Part shown: one piece after another, positions 56,186 to 64,000 of the stretch
Position numbering within the stretch: position 1 is the stretch's first letter
Layout: each line of letters begins with the position of its first letter
Assembly: GCA_963693365.1 (NCBI GenBank)
Contig: CAVNZM010000004.1
Coordinates: forward strand, 5,830,564 to 5,894,563
Direction: 5' to 3'
Source: Amoebidium appalachense
Taxonomy: Eukaryota; Protista; Ichthyosporea
Length of the DNA stretch: 64,000 nucleotides
Notes under the pieces: generated by a model
Databases searched by the model: none
What the model was told of the DNA's origin: nothing
Seen by the model: only the letters and a program-made list of their open reading frames with translations
Program-made: the position numbers and the translations under genes

Positions 56186-56737
56186 AACATACAGAAATGA
56201 GAGGGGGACGGGGGGGCTCCGCGGTACAGAAGAGACACACTTCCGCGAAGGGATTCAATACGGAGGTGGGTGTAGCAGTGCACTTACATTACTCTCGGTT
56301 ATGGTGCACATGTGCCCAGCACACAGCAACTCCTAGAAACTTTTATTCGGGTAGATATGCGTTTTTTTCGGAAAATCGTGTTTTTGATTTAAAAATTCGC
56401 GAATAGACAGCGCCAAATGCAAGCTGCCCTATGGTGATGTGTGCCCCGTATGACTCATTTGGAGGGTTTCTGGTCTACCCTCGACAACTAGACCCATTCC
56501 CAAGGCTGGGCCACAAAAAAGCTTTGTGCTATGCACTGCGGCTCCATCCAGCCCCTTGCCCCTCCCCCCCCCCTGCCCCCCCCCCCCCCCCCCCCCCCCC
56601 CCTCTTGCCGTACGGCCACGAAACCTAGCCACATGCACAGCCGTGCCTTGACTTTATAGCTATTTAAAATCAAATCAAATCGTTTCATACATGAATCATA
56701 CATGCCGCTACAAACTAAGCAACCTGCTGGCCTAGGC

Positions 56738-59494
56738 CTACCAACTGTGGAACACCCCGAAGGTCATATCGCCCACAGCAAACCTTATGTTCTGCCCGTC
56801 CATCCACAGCACGTCACCGTCCTCCCCCACCCTCACAAACTTGTACTCCAGCATGCAATTTGCCGGCAGCTCCACACAGGCCTCGTGCCGTGTGCCCATG
56901 CTATCCATGCTCACACCCAGGCCGGGGTTCCACATGCCCAGCTCAGGCCTGCTGCCCACGACTCTGATCTCATCCCCCGGCCCAGCCATATCACTCTCCA
57001 GCACAAACGTGGCCCAGACCTTAGCTGGGGGCTTGCTGTGTGTGCTTGGTGTGTGTGGTGTGGTGGCGCTGCCGATATTCACCACCGTCTCCTGCTTGAT
57101 GGAGGGCTTGCTCTTTCTTGCTGTGCTTGGGGTGACGTTTGTAGCTGTGACCTGCACACTCAGTGTGCTCTCTGCATCGGTTAATCGGCCCAGTGGGGCC
57201 ATGGTCTTAGTCTGGGTGCGGCTGTGCCGCTGGCTGGACGTGGTGGACCGCCTACGAATGGTCTCGGACATGCGGCGGATCTGATTGGTCACCGCAAGGG
57301 TCATGCGCTCGGCCGCAGCCGGCTGCACTTGCATGCGGCGGAAGGCGTAGGTGGCGGCCACGGCCGGCAGGAAACTGAGCACCAGCAGCATGTAGCCCAC
57401 CCCCACACTGCAGCGCCCCGGCTGGAAGAACCCTGAGCCCGGCCCACACAGGGGGGCCTCGTCAAACAGATACACAGTGTCGCCTGTGCGCTGCATGGAG
57501 GCCGTGCCAAAGCCCAGCGGGAACAGCAGGCTGGACAGGGCCAGGAGCACGGACGTGGTGCCCATGGCCATGACGCTGGCGCTGTCGTTTCTGCTCTTGT
57601 CCTCGGCCATGGTGGCCAGCACCGTGGATGCACAGGCCACCCCCGTGAACATCACACAGATCACAACCATGATCCCAATACCGACCCACAGCTGCCCGGG
57701 CCAGCGCCTGAAGTCCGTGCCGTATGCCGCACACAGGTCTGTGTGGTTGATGCCCCATGTGGGCACGTTGGGCACGCTGTAGCAGTTGCGCACTGCCCCG
57801 TAGGTGATGTCGTAGGTGTCGGTGGTGTTTGGGAACACCCCCTCGATGCTCAGCCAGTCGGCAGACAGCACGGCCGGGACCAGCAGGGCCAGGGTCAGCA
57901 GGGACAGGGCCACCCCAAAGGCCCGGGGCACACTGCGGCCCAGGAAGCGCCACAGGATGGCCAGGCTGTAGTGGGGCGTGTAGATGACGTAGAACACAAA
58001 GCTCAGCCCCATCTGGATGATGGCCGGCACGGCCAGGATCACGCTGACAATCAGCAGCTCCCTGAAGCTGGGCAGGTAGGTGAGGATGTAGCCGGCCGCC
58101 ACATTCAGCACCATGAGCACACCGCACAGCAGGAACCCGGCCCGCTTGAGCCGGCGCTGTGTTTTCTCCTTGTTCTCCTTGCTGACGCTGTCCATGTGAT
58201 CCGACGGCCGGTTGCCCCAGGTCAGGTCCCAGGTGCGGGCAAAGGAGTAGGCCGGGAACCAGGCCACAAAGGTCGGGGAGAAGAAGATGTAGGGGAAGAA
58301 GTTTGTCAGCATCATGACAAAGCACTCGAGGGAGTGCATGAAGGACAGCAGGAAGGGCACGCCCATGACCAGGGACGTGATGATCAGCACGTTGCCGCTG
58401 CCCTCCACTAGGGACACGGCCAGGGCCGTCAGCACCCCTACGGTGGAGATGGCGTTGAGCAGGCAGGCGGCGTAGAACAGGAACGGCACCCACTTTGTGA
58501 GCATGTGTGCCACGCAGTAGCTGACGTACAGCACCACGTACAGGGCCTGCACGGCGCTGGGGAACCAGCCGGGGAACACGCTGAGGGCAGTGATGGAGTA
58601 GTATGCCAGGGAGATGAAGATGGCCGGGGACACAGACACCAGCAGGAACATCAGGAACTGCAGCAGCAGCAGCACAAAGCTGACCAGCTTGAAGTGCCAC
58701 GCATGGGGGGACCGGAACAGGATGCCGGGGCACCAGAACAGCAGGAACACATAGCCGGCAAACGACCCGTTGGTCCAGCGCCGCCGCTGGGCAATGAACC
58801 TCTCAGCGTCTGTCTCTGCCTCGAAGTAGAAGATGGCATGGGGCACCCACGACGTGTACTTGCCCGTCAGCAGGGAGGCGGCATACGACAGCACACGGTC
58901 CTCGGCAAGCAGAAGGTTGCCTGCAGCAAAGGTGGGTGTGTTAGATGGATACTGCATGCACATGGCAGGTAGAGCCACAAGGGAATACCGTTTTGCCATT
59001 GAAACGAATGCTTGGCCATACTGGGTCTGGGACATATGCACTGCCTATCAAAACTCGTGCATAAAGCTGTTTTGTTGGGCTGACACCCATCTTAACGTGG
59101 TGGAGGCATGATCACATGATTCGAAAACACGGGCAAAAAGAAAAAGGGAAAGATGCACGTAAACATCAGATATTGGACAGTATATATGGCTCTTTTTATG
59201 TCGCTGTGTGCACCCGTCTAGAAGTTAGGGTTCAAATCCGTAAAGAAAAACTTTCATCGCATCAACTCTTTCCACACCACAAAAGCTCAGGCTCTGTTCG
59301 TGTGGAGGGGTGCCTACCTGTGACCATGTCTGTCTGGTCTGGGCCTATGTTGACGGTCTCGAAGTAGTAGTCCAGACACTTGCCCCGTATGTCCCCCATG
59401 CGGTACATGCCGCACGGCCCAGGCAGCACAGGCAGCATGCCCACCAACGCAAAGGCGCCCTGGAAACTACTGATAGACGCCTCATAGTCGAAGG

Positions 59495-59547
<53 letters not shown>

Positions 59548-59681
59548 TTGGGGGGGGGGAGGAGGGGGAGGGAGGAGGGAAGAATGTGTTACAGAGTGCA
59601 AAGTACACGCGACGGACAACAGCACACACAAAGAGTATGCATCATAAATGGAGCCCATCCCCAGGGGGTCCCAAGTGTGCG

Positions 59682-59722
<41 letters not shown>

Positions 59723-60431
59723 GGGCAGTGTCTGTGCAGGGAGAGGGCAGGGGGAAGAGAGAGGCGGGGAGGGAGGGGGGAGGAGCGTTTAGAACGGCAT
59801 GACTCACGCGGCCCGCATGGTTGGGGGGTTGTCGTAGGCACATCATCATCCCCCCTCCCCCCCCTCCCCCCCTCCCCCCTCCTCCCCTTCCTGGATGTCA
59901 GAGAGAAGTGCAAGTCCAGGGTGAAAGAATATGACGGGCGTGTATGTGCAAGATGCACAAGCATGGGCACGTGTTCTTGTGTGTATAAGGTATGTGATGG
60001 GCACGTGTGTGCATGTGTGAAGAATATACAACAGAACATTTAGTGTGTCTGTATGTGCATGCATGTGTCTGCAAGCGCTAGACGGATGGCCAGCCAGCCT
60101 GCACGTACTGTTTGCATCAGGTTGCCCCCACCCATGGGACATGCATATGTAAACAAACGCGTGCAAGGGGGCTATGCGTGAGCGGGGAGAGAGCACACAC
60201 TAACAGTCTATCTCCTCACTAGCACAAACATATAAAGACATATCGGAGCATAGACAACCTCAAAAATCTGCAAGCATATGGTGTGCAGACATCAACATGC
60301 ACTCACACACTACTTTCGCCCCCACGCACACACACGCGCAAACAAACCCACACTGAGTGCTCTCACACACATGAACACACACATACACAGGCACATACAC
60401 CTGCCTGTGCCTGATATGTGTGCACACAAAT

Positions 60432-60505
<74 letters not shown>

Positions 60506-60924
60506 GTGCCGCACGGAACCACATCTCCAGAAACCCCTCGTCTTCAGCCCTCTGCATAGCCGAGCTCATAACCCTCTGCCTGCCCGTGCACCCGGCACAG
60601 TCTGGGTTCTTGTCCATGTACTTGATCAGGTGGTACATGCACTTGGGCGCATACAGGGTGCCGCAGTCTGTGGCAAAAGCAAACTCGGCGTGCACAGCAG
60701 GTGCATATGCCTGTGGGTGGAAATAGTGGTGAGTGGTGTGTGTGTGTGTCTGGAGGAATCGTTGGGTATGCAGCCTTGATGGGGCTGCCATGCATGCATG
60801 TCACGTTGGTTTGTAGTACTTTGTGCCAAGGTTTTTTAAGCGCATATTGCTTGCAGAGTTATCGTTGCAACTGTTTAGGGGTGCAGGGGGTGCAGGCAGA
60901 TGGGTAATGTTGTTGTTGTTGTTG

Positions 60925-60959
<35 letters not shown>

Positions 60960-62061
60960 ACAGTGTGTGTATGTGTGTGTCTGTGTGCGCTCATGCATGT
61001 TGTGTGTGTGTGTGAGCATGTGCTCGGCCCAATATTGGGAAGTGGGGAGTATTTGTGTGTGCATATGCGTGTGTGTGTTCCTGTGTGTTCGTATGTCAGT
61101 ATGAGCGTATGCTCGCTGCGTGTGTTTTTTTTTTTGTGTCTGTGTGTGTGCCCGTGTGCGTGTGTTTGTATGTATGTGTGCGTTTGTATGTATGTGTGTA
61201 TTTGTGTGTTTGTGTGTGTGTGTGTCTGTTTCTGTGCCAGTTTACTTTGTCTCTGCGCGCACGCATTTCGCACTCGTACACGATCCATTTCTACTTTATG
61301 TGTGGAGATAAATGGACGGAAAGGTGACATCGAGCCTTGAACGTGTGTCTTGAAATGCATATTTGTGCTCTATGCGCACATATGCCGGATAGACTTATAT
61401 CCCCCCCCCCCCCCCCCCCCGGCCCCCTCTCCCCCCCCCCCCCTTCTTTCTCCCCCCCCTCCCCCCCCCCCCCCCTTCGCCGCTCCCCCCTCTTTTTCTA
61501 TCGTAATTTCGGCACATCCCCTCCAACCCCCCCCCCCCCCCCCTCATACCTGGAAGAACCACTCGTGGCTGTTTAGTTTGCGCCTGTTATCCAGCTTGAT
61601 CAGCATGGTGAGTCTTAGACTGTTGCCCCCCCCCCACGTCCACATCTGCCGTGCACCCGTTCTGGTCCACTGCCTGCAGCACAAACGTGGCCACCCTGCC
61701 CTGGTCACGTGGCATGTCTTCTATGACCTTCCACCACCCCTCATCGCTGCGCATGTCCCCCGGTGGGAACATCTCCTTCACATAGTCCCGCATGCTCTCA
61801 CTGGCCTTGTACCAGCCATCCATCACGGCTATCACGTGGCACTGCACACCAAGGCACTTGAGGTCCTGTGCTTGTCTGCATGTGTGGGTGGAGGTGGTGG
61901 TGGGTCAGTGTGTGTGTGTGTGTGTGTGTACGTGTAGGGAGCAGAAGTGGGGAAGGAACGGAGCACACATTCTGCATTGCTAAATCGCACTATTTAGACC
62001 ACGGTGAACAACACAATCTGATGTTCAGGAGGGGGTTTTTTCTTCTTCTTCTTCTTTTTTT

Positions 62062-62092
<31 letters not shown>

Positions 62093-63816
62093 GGGAGGGG
62101 GGGCACGTGCACCATGGTTGGCGGTTGATTGGGCCACTTCCCCATGGCTGACAAAGACATGTGAATGATCTACCAAAATACACAAAAGGCGATGCATGAT
62201 ATAAAAAGCAGAAATGAAACTCGTGAGTACCAAGGACAAAGATCGAATACGAAAAACACGATGAAATGTGCACAAGAACACCACTGCAGCACACAGACAG
62301 CTCTTATGCACGGCCCTTTCAGTAAAGGGATAGGGGTGGGTGCAGGAGGTTTTGCATGGTGCGTAAGGTACAAGAACTAAAAAGTTCACTCAGCACACAT
62401 AAAGGGAAGGGAAAAAGAGTGATGTGCACTTTTTTGTTATCTAATCTACGCAACAGAACAATTCAGTCTATTTATCTGTCTTAGGTAAGACTCCCCCCCC
62501 CCCCCCCCCCCCCCCCAAGTAAGTACGGGAGACACACGGAGAGATGATAGAAATATGGATGCACACATACATTGAGATCAGGTTGAGAAGAGGCCACGGA
62601 AAAAGTAGAACGGTGCAAGGAGGCATAATAACCGGGGGAGGAGGGTAGATGGGTGGGTGGTTTTGGTGGTGGTGGTGATGGGGGGATACAGGGGTTATCC
62701 TGTAACAAGTGGAAAGACGTGATCTCCCCACGAATGAAGGTCCTACACTGCCCGGGCTTCCCTCATTCACAACGATTGCCCACAATGCGTATTCGGATAC
62801 ACGCCGTCAACAGTTCTTTTATACACCAAATAGCTGCACACTATTTCCATCGTACTCGTTCTCCCAAGCCACCACACCATCACCCCTGCAACAGCCATTT
62901 GCACGTGCCCAACACAAAACGAAAAAGCCGGCAGCAAATCTTTGTACAACGCAAAAGGCGGTGTGTAAAAGTAAGGAAACGTATTGTTGACCCCAACCCC
63001 ATAACACCGCTGAGTTTGCATAGTGGAAATGCCTGTCAATAGGCTTATAAACCCGTTTTTTCACCATGCGTGGGGCTCAACCAAACCTATGAATAATGCC
63101 AAAATACATTCAACGGGTATTTTGGAATGGCAAAAAATGTTTCGTGATATTGAATTTCCTAAATGATGTGGCGGTAACCTGTATGTGCAGCATGTGTTTC
63201 ACAGAGTGGTTTGGTGTGTGATGCGTGCTTTGTGCATGTGCACAAATTGGGTACGAGTGGATGGGTATATCAGTGTCTGTGTGCTGGGGTGCATACGGGA
63301 ATGTGTTTGTGTTTTGTGCAACAAGGGTGGAAAAGTGGGTGTTGCTTTCAGTGCATGTTTATGATGTGTTGCCACCTAGTAGTCTAAATTGGCAAGTGTT
63401 TTCTCTTTGATATGGGGATCTGATAGAAACGTAAGCGCACAAGCGCATAAAAAACACTTGCCCCTCTATTCTTCTACAAACAGCAAGAGATATCGTAACA
63501 CAGCACTCGCAGACCAAGACCAGGAGAGTTACCTGCATACGGCCAGCAAGGACCGTTCCAGCTCGTGTCTGTCCTCATTGAAAAATGGATACACTACCGC
63601 ACATATCCTGTTGTTTTTTTCGTCTGACGGGGTGGGTGCAAAGTACTGTGTGCCCAGCTGTGGGCGTGAATGCTCTGGGCCTTCAAACACCCGAAAGTCT
63701 AGCCTGGTCGGTTCACGCCTTTGCGTTGGCGCAAACGAAACTGCTCTTTTTCGTGGCATCTCCATGTCACTGTATGTAGAAATAAACGAAGGAAAATTCT
63801 GCAATATCCGTTGCAT
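56738..63816 (-). CDS. Chitin synthase (GT2) with C-terminal LHFPL/claudin-like tetraspan domain and CBM20; 5 exons; apparent frameshift in a G10 run of exon 2
   Basis: Exons 63816-63533, 61875-61550, 60710-60504, 59495-59318, 58920-56738. Motifs [64 protein letters not shown]. Start codon uncertain. Confidence 0.9.
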
Positions 63817-64000
63817 GTGACCAAAATAGTGCCTGCCTGGCCTATTTAATGGTTGGGTTGTGGAATACGTGAATGTGTGTTGGTGAAGCGGATGCGAAGA
63901 AAGGCTTTCGCGTCGGTTGTCATCCAGGAGTTGGTATGCAACAAATTATACTATAGGAAATTCTACTTAGCTTATCCCTACCATATCTACCTCGCTATTT

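Noticed and set aside
58921-59041. N-terminus of the 767-aa ORF as the chitin synthase start
   Set aside because: Intronic read-through; a ctaac...tgcag acceptor precedes 58920 and conserved upstream motifs lie in four further exons.

Overview
Eukaryotic nuclear DNA: GC-rich, very intron-dense, with introns full of (CA)n/(TG)n, poly-C/poly-G and intron-private minisatellites. Almost all ORFs in the supplied track are low-complexity artefacts. Splicing exons by eye gives 11 genes: BRAP 3' end (+), PDCL3 (-), phosphorylase kinase gamma (+), HIBCH (-), WDR13 (+), mitochondrial-type ValRS (-), a DNA polymerase nu-like gene (+), NDUFB7 (-), ZCRB1 (+), Elongin C (-) and a chitin synthase (-). The first ten alternate strand strictly, with short CRE/CCAAT/E-box-bearing head-to-head regions. 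Gene content and CpG-poor gene bodies suggest a unicellular relative of animals such as an ichthyosporean (inference only). Most notable: (1) a chitin synthase apparently fused to an LHFPL/claudin-like tetraspan domain and a C-terminal CBM20, with a frameshift in a G10 run; (2) two identical ~170-bp intronic elements bounded by poly-C; (3) tandem amplification of splice donors, acceptors and branch points; (4) a foldback MITE with AG..CT ends and a 6-bp TSD, and a pogo-like MITE inserted into a splice donor; (5) introns with a branch point close to the AG but no polypyrimidine tract, and four GC-AG introns. Exon coordinates were read manually and may be off by a few bases.
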